49,625 nt of DNA from an uncultured bacterium (GCA_965371575.1 CBDUYZ010000001.1:1-49625); one strand, 5' to 3'. Shown: positions 8,452 through 17,899, numbered from the stretch's first letter. The notes: generated by a model not told the origin, from the letters alone. Numbers and translations are program-made.

Positions 8452-11400
8452 GCCGCAGCAAGCTGGTCCGTTTCAATCCGTTCTGGCTCTCAGCCATGGT
8501 CCTACTGCTGGCCATGTCTTGCGCTGATCCAGGCCTGGCTGCCAAGAAACGACGTGAGTGTCTCGACTGCCACAAGAACATGAAGCAACTCAAGGAGTTG
8601 GCCCGGGTACATGAACCTTTCAACGAAGACAAGTGCCTTGATTGCCACCAGCGGCACGGGTTTGCCCAGAACCTGATCCTGAAGAGCGCCCCTCCGGAAT
8701 TGTGCGCCGAGTGTCACGCCGACCAGATGCCGAGCACCGAGGTGGCTTTCCCGCACGAGCCCGTCGCTCAGGGCTATTGCAACGCCTGCCACAACCCTCA
8801 TGCATCCGATAACTCGGCGCTCATCCGGGGCAGCACCCCGGGCGGCGCCTGCCTGCCCTGCCATCCGGTGGTCAAGGAAGCTCTCGACGGGGCGGCTGGC
8901 CACCAACCGTTCATGAACGGTGACTGCAGCGTTTGCCACAAGGCCCACGGCAGCGATCAGCCCGCTATTCTTGTTTCCCGACAGATCGACGTCTGCCTCG
9001 GGTGTCATGAAGGAATCGATCCGGTCAGCCACTTCCAAACCGGAGTGAACGACCAATCCTGCACCGCTTGCCACGATGCCCACCTCGCCACGAAAAACAA
9101 TATGTTGCGGAGTGATGCCCATCCGCCCTTTGCCGAAGGTGACTGTAGCGCCTGTCACCAGGCGAACGAGGGCAGAGCCCTTGAAGCACCTGCCGTCGCG
9201 GATCCCGCCCTCTGTTTCGAATGCCACGAGGAAATTGAAGACAGAACAGGGCTCCTTCATCCCCACGACCCGGCCCTCGACGGGTGCCTGGACTGCCATG
9301 ACGCCCATCGTTCGGGATTCCCCTTCCTGCTGACAGGAGCTCAGCGCGATGTTTGTCTGGACTGCCATGACGATCCTGCCAGCGGGGAAAATATCGGCGT
9401 GGTGCACGGGCCTGTCGTGGATGGTGACTGCGCGGCGTGTCACGATCCGCATGGCGGTGATCGCGATCTGATGCTCACGGCCGAGGGAGACGCCCTCTGT
9501 GCCCGGTGCCACGAGGATCTTCTGACAGCTGCCCGACAGGCGGTTGTTCCCCATGAGGCCCTGGACGACGGTTGCGCTGCCTGCCATCGGCCCCATGCTT
9601 CGACTGAGCCCGGCCTCCTGATCTTCAACCAGTTGGTGTTGTGTGGCGAGTGCCACGACGAAATCATCTCCGGCGCAGGAGACCATCAGCAACACGCGCC
9701 TTTCCAGGCCGGAGCCTGCCGGGAGTGCCACAATCCCCACGGGTCGGACCGCAGAGCCATGCTCGTCAAAACGGATCCGGCGGAAAATTGTGTGCGTTGC
9801 CACGCCGGTCTGGCCGCAGGTCTCAAGTCGGGCGAGGGCCACGTTCCATTCGCCGACGGGGATTGCGCCGACTGCCACGCGCCGCATTACTCGAGCCAGC
9901 AGCCGGGCCTTCTGGTCGAGCCGGTCAACACCCTGTGTGCCACATGCCACGATGATCTGGAGGGGAAGCTTTCCCGCCCGCATGTACATACGGCCATCCT
10001 CAGGGGCGCCTGCACAGACTGCCACGACCCGCACGACGCCGAGGCATCGCTGCTGCTCGTGGCCGAAACGGAGCTTTGTCTTGGTTGCCATCCGGACGTC
10101 GCGGCCGCCGTCGAGTTGGCGGTGGTGCATGAACCCGCCCGAGGCGGCGCCTGCCTGACCTGTCATGACCCTCACGGCTCGGATCAGCCCATGGGCCTGG
10201 CGGTCCCGGTGGCCCGACTCTGTGCCGAATGCCATTCCGTCGTCGACGAGGCGTTCGCCACCAGCCACGGCGGTCTGGCCGACGAAGACTCCCAGTGCAC
10301 GACCTGTCACAACCCGCACGGTTCCACCGATCCCATGCTGCTGAACCGGGTCATCCACTCGCCCTTCGCGGACAAGGACTGCGCTTCCTGTCACGATGAC
10401 TTCACCCTGGAGCAGTTCGCCGAGGAGACGGCCGGCCTCTGCGGCGAGTGTCACGACCAGCCCGACGAGTTCGCCGGCAAGAAACAGATTCACGCACCGG
10501 TTGCCGAGGGCGACTGTACGGTATGTCACGACCCCCACACCGCCCGCGGGGACCTGCTCCTGCGTGCGGATGTACCGGAGCTGTGCGCCGAGTGCCATGA
10601 CGACATCGTTAATCCCACATCCGGCGTCAAACAGCACCGCCCGGTGGAACTGGGCGGATGTCTGGACTGTCACGAATCGCACGCGGGCGATTTCCGCTCC
10701 CTGCTCAGGGATTCAGGCGACAACCTGTGCCTGGGCTGCCATGACGCGCTGAAACAACGCCTGGAAACCGGGGTCCGCCACGACCCTGTGGCCGAGGGCG
10801 ATTGTACGGCCTGCCACAACGGGCATGATTCGGCTGAGGCTGCTCTGCTCAACAAGCGCGTGCACCTGCTGTGCGCCGACTGTCACGAAGTGGCAGGTGA
10901 GGACATCATGAGCGCACACAGCGGCTTCGAGGTGGAGGGGACCGACTGCGTGACATGCCACGATCCCCATGTGTCGACCGATGACAGGGGCAAGTTCCTG
11001 CGGACCGTCAGGCACGATCCGTTCGCCGACGGCGATTGTTCATCCTGCCACGTACCGGGTAGTATTCGTGTTTCCCTGCCGGTGCCTCAGCTCTGCCTGG
11101 AATGCCACGACGAGTTCGCGGAAATCCTGGAGTCCGAGGGGCTCCACGCGGCCCTGAAGAACGAGAAATCCTGCATATCCTGTCATGCTCCCCACGCAGG
11201 TTTCGCGGGGCTGATCAACCGTTCGTCACAGAAGGAGACCTGCCTGCGTTGCCACGATCGCCAGGGCTACGAGGGCGAGTTCCGGCACGAGCCGGTCGAG
11301 GAGGCCTGTACGAATTGCCACGATCCTCACGCCGGTGAGAAGCCGTTTTTGCTGACCCTCGACATCATGGAGCTCTGCCTGCAGTGCCACGAAGTCCATC

Positions 11401-11564
11401 TCCATCCCGTGGGTGAGGAATACCAGGATCCCCGTACCGGCGGTCCGTTGACCTGCGTCAGCTGCCATACGCCCCATTCTGCGGCCGAGAAGTACCTGCT
11501 GTCCCATGAGAAGTCGCGCGCCCTGTGTGTCCAGTGCCACGTGGGCACCATGGGACCTCATTGA
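8448..11564 (+). CDS. giant multihaem c-type cytochrome, 42 CXXCH motifs (tandem paired-CXXCH / c7-like units)
   Basis: I counted 42 CXXCH motifs in the 1038-aa translation. They lie in about 21 repeats of ~48 aa with the pattern C..CH-(D/N)PH...L-C..CH.....H.P...G(D)-C..CH. The N-terminal leader ends LLAMS|C, a possible lipobox. Confidence 0.95.
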   Translation: MSRSKLVRFNPFWLSAMVLLLAMSCADPGLAAKKRRECLDCHKNMKQLKELARVHEPFNEDKCLDCHQRHGFAQNLILKSAPPELCAECHADQMPSTEVAFPHEPVAQGYCNACHNPHASDNSALIRGSTPGGACLPCHPVVKEALDGAAGHQPFMNGDCSVCHKAHGSDQPAILVSRQIDVCLGCHEGIDPVSHFQTGVNDQSCTACHDAHLATKNNMLRSDAHPPFAEGDCSACHQANEGRALEAPAVADPALCFECHEEIEDRTGLLHPHDPALDGCLDCHDAHRSGFPFLLTGAQRDVCLDCHDDPASGENIGVVHGPVVDGDCAACHDPHGGDRDLMLTAEGDALCARCHEDLLTAARQAVVPHEALDDGCAACHRPHASTEPGLLIFNQLVLCGECHDEIISGAGDHQQHAPFQAGACRECHNPHGSDRRAMLVKTDPAENCVRCHAGLAAGLKSGEGHVPFADGDCADCHAPHYSSQQPGLLVEPVNTLCATCHDDLEGKLSRPHVHTAILRGACTDCHDPHDAEASLLLVAETELCLGCHPDVAAAVELAVVHEPARGGACLTCHDPHGSDQPMGLAVPVARLCAECHSVVDEAFATSHGGLADEDSQCTTCHNPHGSTDPMLLNRVIHSPFADKDCASCHDDFTLEQFAEETAGLCGECHDQPDEFAGKKQIHAPVAEGDCTVCHDPHTARGDLLLRADVPELCAECHDDIVNPTSGVKQHRPVELGGCLDCHESHAGDFRSLLRDSGDNLCLGCHDALKQRLETGVRHDPVAEGDCTACHNGHDSAEAALLNKRVHLLCADCHEVAGEDIMSAHSGFEVEGTDCVTCHDPHVSTDDRGKFLRTVRHDPFADGDCSSCHVPGSIRVSLPVPQLCLECHDEFAEILESEGLHAALKNEKSCISCHAPHAGFAGLINRSSQKETCLRCHDRQGYEGEFRHEPVEEACTNCHDPHAGEKPFLLTLDIMELCLQCHEVHLHPVGEEYQDPRTGGPLTCVSCHTPHSAAEKYLLSHEKSRALCVQCHVGTMGPH

Positions 11565-11621
11565 TGGATGATGGGTAACCGCACGGCCTGCAGAAGGGGG
11601 GGGCGCAAGGGAATTGCCCCG

Positions 11622-11662
11622 GAGAATCCTGCGCGCGGCACGTATTCTCGAGTTTGCTTTTT
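11622..11662 (+). terminator. candidate intrinsic terminator after the cytochrome operon
   Basis: Outer stem GAGAAT (11622-27) / ATTCTC (11644-49) encloses a GC-rich inner stem. It is followed by GAGTTTGCTTTTT. Confidence 0.4.
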
Positions 11663-11700
11663 CCAGGCACCCGGCCTATCTTCCCGCCTCAACGTCTGTT

Positions 11701-11877
11701 AACCCGGATCATCATGAATCGCCTGCTGCGGCTGCGTATGATTAGATTTGACAGCACGCTCTCGGTTTTGCTCCCTGAACGTACCTATTGGTACGCCTCG
11801 GTCCCAAAACCTTGCGAGGGCACTGTCAAATCAAATCATACACATTCTCGCTACGGTGATTCATGATGATCCGGGTT
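11701..11877. repeat. 177-nt imperfect palindrome with perfect 20-nt terminal inverted repeats
   Basis: AACCCGGATCATCATGAATC (11701-11720) is the exact reverse complement of 11858-11877. The arms also share GTATGATT(A/T)GATTTGACAG and GTTTTG blocks. The apex is CGTACC-TATT-GGTACG at 11780-11795. Confidence 0.85.
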
Positions 11878-11990
11878 GCTAACCTGCAACACTGGTAGGG
11901 GCAGGCGTATATTTTTTGTCCGGACAAACGTGTCCGGGCATCGGCGCAGGCTCGGCGCGTGGGAATCCGCCGGAAACCGGGACCAAGGAC

Positions 11991-14078
11991 ATGACTGCAG
12001 ACCTGAAAATGATCAGGAATATCGGGATCAGCGCGCATATCGATTCGGGCAAGACGACCCTGACCGAGCGGATCCTCTTCTACACCGGGCGCATCCGCAA
12101 CATCCACGAGGTGCGCGGCAAGGACGGCGTGGGCGCCACCATGGATTCCATGGAACTCGAGCGCGAGCGCGGCATCACCATCCAGAGCGCGGCGACCTTT
12201 ACCACGTGGAACGGGCATCACGTCAACATCATCGACACACCCGGCCACGTCGATTTCACGATCGAGGTGGAAAGGGCGTTGAAGGTCCTGGACGGGGCGA
12301 TCCTGGTGCTGTGCTCGGTGGCCGGCGTGCAGAGCCAGTCGATCACCGTCGACCGCCAGATGAAGCGCTACAACGTGCCCCGCATCGCCTTCGTGAACAA
12401 GTGCGACCGTTCCGGCGCCAATCCCGCCCGGGTCACCGAACAGCTGTGCGATAAGCTGAAACACAACGCGGTGATGATGCAGATCCCCATCGGGCTGGAG
12501 GACAAGCACGAGGGCGTGGTCGACCTGATCACCATGAAGGCCTTCACCTTCGAGGGCGAGAACGGGGAGAAGGTCGTCACCGGCGACATTCCCGCCGCCC
12601 TGCAGGTCGAGGCCGAGGCTCGCCGCGAGGCCATGCTCGACACGGTGAGCATGTTCAGCGACGTACTGATGGAGGCCATTCTGGAAGACGCGGTCACCGA
12701 GGAAATGATCCACGACGCGGTTCGCCGGGGGGTCCTGGCCAACGAGTTGACCCCGGTCTACATGGGCAGCGCCTACAAGAACAGAGGCGTGCAGCAGCTG
12801 CTCGACGCGGTCATGCGCTATTTGCCTGCGCCCACGGACATCGACAACACCGCCATCCGGATGCTGAAGGGCGGCGAGGAGGAGGAGTTCGTCCTCTCCA
12901 ACAGCCCCGCTGACGACCTGGTCTGCAACGTCTTCAAGCTGGAAGAGGGATCCTACGGTCAGCTGACCTACGTGCGCATCTACCAGGGCGTCCTCAAGAA
13001 GGGCGAGGAAATCTACAACAGCCGGACCGGCAAGAAGGTCAAGGTGGGCCGGCTGGGCCGTATGCACGCCGATCAGATGGAGGAGATCGAGAAGGCCGCC
13101 GCGGGCGACATAATCGCCCTGTTCGGGGTGGACTGCGCCAGCGGCGATACTTTCACCGGGGGCGAACGCATTTCCCTGTCCAGCATGCACGTGCCCGAGC
13201 CGGTGGTCAGCCTGGCCGTCGTGCCCGAGGACAACAAGGCCGCCGCGCAAATGTCCAAGGCCTTCCACAGGTTCACCCGGGAGGATCCCACCTTCCGGAC
13301 ATCGGTGGACTCCGAAACCGGGGACACGATCATCAGCGGGATGGGTGAATTGCACCTCGAGGTCTACATCGAGCGGATCAAGCGGGAGTTCAACGCGGTA
13401 GTCACAACCGGGGCGCCCCAGGTGAAGTACCGCGAGACGATCACCCAGGCCATCCGGTTCGACTACACCCATAAGAAGCAGACGGGCGGCTCGGGCCAGT
13501 ACGCCAAGGTTCAGGGCACCATGGAACCCAGCGAGGACGGCCAGTTCCACTTCGAGAGCAAGGTTGTCGGCGGTCGCATTCCCACCGAGTACATCGGCGC
13601 CTGTCGGAAGGGTTTCGAGTTTTCCATCCTCGCGGGTCAGTACATCGGAGCCCCGGTCCAGGGTTTGAAGGTGACCCTGCTCGATGGGAATTCCCACGCG
13701 GTGGACTCCTCGGACATGGCCTTCCAGACGGCCTGCCGTGCGGCCTTCCGCGAGTTCTATCGCCAGGGCAAGCCGGCGGCCCTTGAGCCGTTGATGCTGG
13801 TGTCCATCGAAGGGCCCAGCGAGTACCAGGGCGAAATCATCAAGACCCTGATGCAGCGGCGGGGCGTGATCGTGGGTACCACCGAGGACGAGGGGTTCGT
13901 CAGGGTCGATGCGAACGTGCCCCTGGCCGAGATGTTCGGTTACGCCACGGTCTTGCGTTCCTCGACCCAGGGCAAGGCCGAGTTCACCATGGAGTTCGCC
14001 AGGTACGCGCCGGCCCCCGGTGAGGTGGCCGAGGAACTGGTCAAGGAATTCCTGGAGAACAGGGCCGCAGGCAAATAA
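11991..14078 (+). CDS. fusA: elongation factor G family GTPase (stand-alone paralogue, not in an rpsL-rpsG-fusA context)
   Basis: ATG 11991 follows AAGGA. G-domain motifs [17 protein letters not shown] and NKCD are present, with full-length EF-G architecture (695 aa). The longer ORF from 11916 has no support. Confidence 0.9.
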   Translation: MTADLKMIRNIGISAHIDSGKTTLTERILFYTGRIRNIHEVRGKDGVGATMDSMELERERGITIQSAATFTTWNGHHVNIIDTPGHVDFTIEVERALKVLDGAILVLCSVAGVQSQSITVDRQMKRYNVPRIAFVNKCDRSGANPARVTEQLCDKLKHNAVMMQIPIGLEDKHEGVVDLITMKAFTFEGENGEKVVTGDIPAALQVEAEARREAMLDTVSMFSDVLMEAILEDAVTEEMIHDAVRRGVLANELTPVYMGSAYKNRGVQQLLDAVMRYLPAPTDIDNTAIRMLKGGEEEEFVLSNSPADDLVCNVFKLEEGSYGQLTYVRIYQGVLKKGEEIYNSRTGKKVKVGRLGRMHADQMEEIEKAAAGDIIALFGVDCASGDTFTGGERISLSSMHVPEPVVSLAVVPEDNKAAAQMSKAFHRFTREDPTFRTSVDSETGDTIISGMGELHLEVYIERIKREFNAVVTTGAPQVKYRETITQAIRFDYTHKKQTGGSGQYAKVQGTMEPSEDGQFHFESKVVGGRIPTEYIGACRKGFEFSILAGQYIGAPVQGLKVTLLDGNSHAVDSSDMAFQTACRAAFREFYRQGKPAALEPLMLVSIEGPSEYQGEIIKTLMQRRGVIVGTTEDEGFVRVDANVPLAEMFGYATVLRSSTQGKAEFTMEFARYAPAPGEVAEELVKEFLENRAAGK

Positions 14079-14123
14079 TCTGTTATCCTGAGAGCGGGAT
14101 CAATTCAGGGAGTGAGGAAGACG

Positions 14124-14831
14124 ATGGTTGAAAAAAGCATGATGGATCGCAGCCCCGTCCGGATCTTCGAACGGGCCATAGGTGGTGGCCTGGGTGATGG
14201 GAAACTGGGCGTGGTCCTGTCCCGACGCGGTGTCGGCAAGACGGGATTCCTGATCAGCCTGGCCGTCGACCAGTTGCTGCAGGGCAAAAAGGTGCTCTAC
14301 ATTTCGACCAAGGAGAGTGTCGAGCACATCACAAACTTCTTCGACCAGATCTTTCATGCCATGGCCGCTTCCCTGGAGCTGGATCAGATCCCCCAGAAGC
14401 AACTCCGGATGGAGCGCAACCGATATATCCACGTCTACAACCGCGATCTCTTTTCCCTCGAGAAACTCGAGCAGTCGGTGGGCTTCCTCAAGGAAGCCGC
14501 CGGTTTCGTACCGGACATGGTCATCCTGGACGGAACCCCCCGCTTTGAAAGCACCGAAGAATGGGAGATCCAGGGCGTGAAGAAACTGGCCGCCGAGTGG
14601 GGTGCCGAAGTTTGGACCAGCAGCAACATCCACCGCGAGGGCCAGGAAACCGATGACCGGGGCGTTCCCCATTCCGTGGCGCGGTTCGATAGCGAGCTCG
14701 GCGTGATCATCAACCTCGAGCCCGATAGCGACAACGTCAAGGTCAGGATCCTCAAGGAGCACGGGAGCACGGAGCCGGCCCAGGTCCAGATTGAACTGGA
14801 CCCGAGGACCCTGCTGCTGCGCTGGCGATAG
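14124..14831 (+). CDS. RecA-superfamily (KaiC/DnaB-C-like) P-loop ATPase, function unknown
   Basis: ATG 14124 follows GAGGAAG. Walker A-like LSRRGVGKTG and Walker B-like PDMVILDG are present, in a single ~235-aa domain. Confidence 0.55.
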   Translation: MVEKSMMDRSPVRIFERAIGGGLGDGKLGVVLSRRGVGKTGFLISLAVDQLLQGKKVLYISTKESVEHITNFFDQIFHAMAASLELDQIPQKQLRMERNRYIHVYNRDLFSLEKLEQSVGFLKEAAGFVPDMVILDGTPRFESTEEWEIQGVKKLAAEWGAEVWTSSNIHREGQETDDRGVPHSVARFDSELGVIINLEPDSDNVKVRILKEHGSTEPAQVQIELDPRTLLLRWR

Positions 14832-14839
14832 GATTGGGC

Positions 14840-15562
14840 ATGGCCGACCATCCGGTGGCCGAAAGATTGGCGCGGGTCCGTGAAAGGATCGCGGAAGCCT
14901 GTGTCCGGACGGGAAGACCCGCCGACGCGGTCAAGCTGGTGGCGGTGAGCAAGCGGATCCCCCTGCCCCTGGTGGTGGAGGCGTGCCGGGCGGGCCAGTG
15001 GGACCTGGGCGAGAACAGGGTCGCCGAAGCGGTGGACAGGCAGCTTGAGTTGACCGGCCTCCTGGTCGGGGCGGGACTTCCGGCCGAACTGCTGCGTTGG
15101 CATTTCATCGGTCATCTGCAGAGCAACAAGGCCGGCCAGGCAGCCGGCCGTTTTCATCTGCTGCACAGCGTAGATTCGCTCAAACTGGCTGGAAAGCTGT
15201 CCCGGCTGGCAACCGAAGCGGGCCGTACAGAGACCGTCCTGCTGGAAATCAATATTTCCGGGGAGGCCCAGAAACACGGTCTGGCCACGGATGAAGCCTC
15301 CGACGCGGCTGCCCGTATTTCCGCTCTGCCGGGCCTGGATCTGCGGGGCCTCATGGGGATGGCGAAGTATGGGGCAGGAGAAAGAGAGCTGCGGTCCAGC
15401 TTCGCCTTGCTCAGTCGTCTGGCAGCGGACGCCCGGGCGGACGCCGGCCTGGCGTTGCCTGAGTTGAGCATGGGCATGAGCGACGATTTCGAGGCGGCCA
15501 TCACCGAGGGCAGCACCCTTGTCCGGATCGGCGGAGCCATATTCGGTCCCCGTCAGCGATGA
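14840..15562 (+). CDS. yggS: YggS-family pyridoxal-phosphate homeostasis protein
   Basis: Motifs VKLVAVSKR, LGENRVAEA, HFIGHLQSNK, LLEINISGE..KHG, LRGLMGMA and LSMGMSDDFEAAI..GST.VRIG match the YggS/PROSC signature. Confidence 0.85.
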   Translation: MADHPVAERLARVRERIAEACVRTGRPADAVKLVAVSKRIPLPLVVEACRAGQWDLGENRVAEAVDRQLELTGLLVGAGLPAELLRWHFIGHLQSNKAGQAAGRFHLLHSVDSLKLAGKLSRLATEAGRTETVLLEINISGEAQKHGLATDEASDAAARISALPGLDLRGLMGMAKYGAGERELRSSFALLSRLAADARADAGLALPELSMGMSDDFEAAITEGSTLVRIGGAIFGPRQR

Positions 15563-15606
15563 ACAATATTTTCCACCGGCCAGAATCAGGCCGGAAAGGT
15601 TGAGAT

Positions 15607-15855
15607 ATGGCCATCACGAAATTGATCGTGGCCGTTCTGCAGGTCTATTCCTGGCTGATCATCGTCCGGGTGATCCAGAGTTGGGTGAACCCACGGCCCC
15701 GTAACGAGATTCTATTGCTGGTCATCCGGGTGACCGAACCCCTTCTGGGCTTTCTGCGGGCCCTGATACCCCTGCGCGGCATTGATCTTTCGCCCATACT
15801 GGCATGGCTCTTGATGCAACTCCTCATGAGATTGATAGTTCAAGTTGGCTCCTGA
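15607..15855 (+). CDS. yggT: YggT-family membrane protein
   Basis: 82 aa and hydrophobic. YSWLIIVRVIQSWVNP......V..VTEPLL...R..IP...GIDLSPI is the YggT/Ycf19 pattern, and the gene sits next to yggS. Confidence 0.8.
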   Translation: MAITKLIVAVLQVYSWLIIVRVIQSWVNPRPRNEILLLVIRVTEPLLGFLRALIPLRGIDLSPILAWLLMQLLMRLIVQVGS

Positions 15856-15941
15856 TACGGATTATTGAATTTACGTCTGGTCCGTGACGGGTCCGACAAT
15901 CCAGGCACGGGGCCCGGTATCCGCAGTTGGAGGAGAATGAC

Positions 15942-16895
15942 ATGAGGATTACGCCGCTCGACGTCCGCAAACAGGATTTCCGCAAAGCGGTCCGAGGTTT
16001 TGATTGTGACGAGGTCCGGGCCTTTCTCTCGACTCTTGCGGACGAGTACGAAACAGTTCTCGTCGACAACAAGCAGATCCGCGTGCTGATCATGGAGCAG
16101 GAAGACAAGATCCAGGAATATCAAGGCATGGAGCGTAATCTCCGGGATACCCTGATGACCGCAGAGCGCGTCATGAAGGAAACCCGTGAAAATGCGGGCA
16201 AGAAAGGCGAACTGATCATCAAGGACGCCGAGATGCAAGCCCAACGGGTCCTCGAGGAATGCCGTCTGCGCACCGAGGAGTTGCGTCGCGAAATCGTGGG
16301 GTTGCGCAAGGAGAAGGAAAATTACCTGGCCCGTTTCAAGTCCCTGGCCCAGGCCCAGGTCCAGTTTGTCGAAACCCATGAGAGCGATTTCGAGGATCTG
16401 GACAATCGCCTGACCGATATCGTCGATTCGGTCGTGGCCACCGCCGGGCGAACCCACCGGAAAACCGAGGTGAAGCCGGTCAACATTCCTGAGGCGACCG
16501 CGCAGACGATCCCGGTGTTGGATCCCTTCGCCGCGGGAAATCGGATCGAGGGTGATCCGTCCGCCCCACGGGACCTGCCTTCCGTCGGCGGCGAAGTCGC
16601 CGACAGCAGAGAAGAAAAGCCGGAAGTGGCCGTTCCGGCCGCACAACTGGAAAACGATGTCTGGCGTGATTACAATGCGGGTTTAGGCAAGGAGGACTAT
16701 GATGAAACCGCCGGTTCCATCGCCGACCTGGTGTCCGAATCCCTGGCTGAAACCGGCGAAGGCTCCGCGCCGGCGGATGATGAATCACCAGCCGCCGAGG
16801 AAGCCAGGAAATCAGAACCCTCCCACGCAGGCGAGCCGGTGCTGACCCGGGTCGAGGAACCCGTCGCGGCGGGTTCTTCCCGGGACACCATCTGA
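15942..16895 (+). CDS. divIVA: DivIVA-domain protein
   Basis: ATG 15942 follows GGAGGAG. The N-terminus MRITPLDVRKQDFRKAVRGFDCDEVRAFL is the canonical DivIVA lipid-binding domain. A coiled-coil region and an acidic low-complexity tail follow. Confidence 0.85.
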   Translation: MRITPLDVRKQDFRKAVRGFDCDEVRAFLSTLADEYETVLVDNKQIRVLIMEQEDKIQEYQGMERNLRDTLMTAERVMKETRENAGKKGELIIKDAEMQAQRVLEECRLRTEELRREIVGLRKEKENYLARFKSLAQAQVQFVETHESDFEDLDNRLTDIVDSVVATAGRTHRKTEVKPVNIPEATAQTIPVLDPFAAGNRIEGDPSAPRDLPSVGGEVADSREEKPEVAVPAAQLENDVWRDYNAGLGKEDYDETAGSIADLVSESLAETGEGSAPADDESPAAEEARKSEPSHAGEPVLTRVEEPVAAGSSRDTI

Positions 16896-16971
16896 CCGAC
16901 CGACCCTGGCGCCGGGACCGAGCCTCACCGCCCGGTGTGGCCGGTAATCTTCAGTCTCACGGCGGAAACTG

Positions 16972-16999
16972 GCGGGAATCCACGGATTCCCGCTTTTTT
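16972..16999 (+). terminator. intrinsic terminator after divIVA
   Basis: Stem GCGGGAATCC / GGATTCCCGC followed directly by T6. Confidence 0.8.
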
Positions 17000-17080
17000 C
17001 TTGGTGGTCCGCTAAGGCCATGTTAGTTTGTCTCGTTCCCGAAAACCGTGTTCCCAACCTGGAGGATCGTCTTGCGCGAC

Positions 17081-17899
17081 ATGTGGCAGCAGATCAAGGA
17101 AGCCGCAGACTTCATCCGCACGAAGACTGATTTCGAGCCGGAATTCGGCCTGATCCTGGGAACGGGTCTGGGGGAACTCGGTCATCGCATCGAAACAGTC
17201 TGCTCCCTTCCCTACGGTGAGATACCCCATTTCGTGGAATCCACGGCCACCAGCCACGATGGCAAGCTGGTGTTCGGCACTCTGGGAGGGCGGAAGGTCG
17301 TCGCGATGCAGGGCAGGGTCCATTATTACGAGGGCTACAGCATGCAGCAGATAACCCTGCCGGTCCGGGTTATGAAGGTCCTGGGCTGCGGGGCCCTGCT
17401 GATGAGCAACGCGGTTGGAGGTATGAATCCCCAACACGAGCCCGGTGATATAGCCGTCATGTCCGACCATATCAACCTCATGGGTGACAATCCCTTGATC
17501 GGCTGGAACGACGACCGTCTCGGTCCCCGGTTCCCGGACATGTCCGAACCCTACGACCGCGGGTTCCTGGCCACCATGGAAGAGGTGGCCCTGGATCTTA
17601 AGATTCCCCTCAAGAAGGTTGTCTACGCCTCGGTCGCCGGTCCCAACCTGGAAACCGGAGCCGAATACCGGTATCTACGCACCATCGGGGCCGATACGGT
17701 GGGGATGTCCAGCGTACCGGAGTGCCTGGCCGCCGTGCACGGGGGCATGAGGGTCATCGGCATGTCGGTGATTACGGATGCCTGCTTTCCAGACGCCCTG
17801 AAGCCGGCCGACGTGCAGCAGATCATCAGAGTGGCCAACGCCGCCCAACCCAATCTCGAGGCCTTGGTCACCGGGTTCCTGAAAAAAGTGACTCTTTAA
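17081..17899 (+). CDS. punA: purine nucleoside phosphorylase (trimeric PNP/MTAP family)
   Basis: Motifs GLILGTGLG, GRVHYYEGY, LSNAVGG, RFPDMS.PYD and GPNLETGAEYR...GADTVGMSSVPE. An in-frame TTG at 17072 with GGAGGA 5 nt upstream is an alternative start. Confidence 0.85.
   Translation: MWQQIKEAADFIRTKTDFEPEFGLILGTGLGELGHRIETVCSLPYGEIPHFVESTATSHDGKLVFGTLGGRKVVAMQGRVHYYEGYSMQQITLPVRVMKVLGCGALLMSNAVGGMNPQHEPGDIAVMSDHINLMGDNPLIGWNDDRLGPRFPDMSEPYDRGFLATMEEVALDLKIPLKKVVYASVAGPNLETGAEYRYLRTIGADTVGMSSVPECLAAVHGGMRVIGMSVITDACFPDALKPADVQQIIRVANAAQPNLEALVTGFLKKVTL

Noticed and set aside
8502-10682. 726-aa minus-strand ORF antisense to the 42-haem cytochrome gene. There are similar long antisense ORFs at 11826-13697, 17896-19578, 21907-22875, 31716-33143 and 35119-36564.
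   Set aside because: Each is fully contained in a plus-strand gene with unmistakable family motifs. Their translations are Arg/Gly/Pro/Ala-rich low-complexity sequence, typical of stop-poor antisense frames in high-GC DNA. No RBS or family motifs are present.
11701-11877. Calling the 177-nt palindrome a MITE.
   Set aside because: There is no second copy in this window, no clear target-site duplication at the ends and no cognate transposase. It is kept only as an unexplained repeat or structure.
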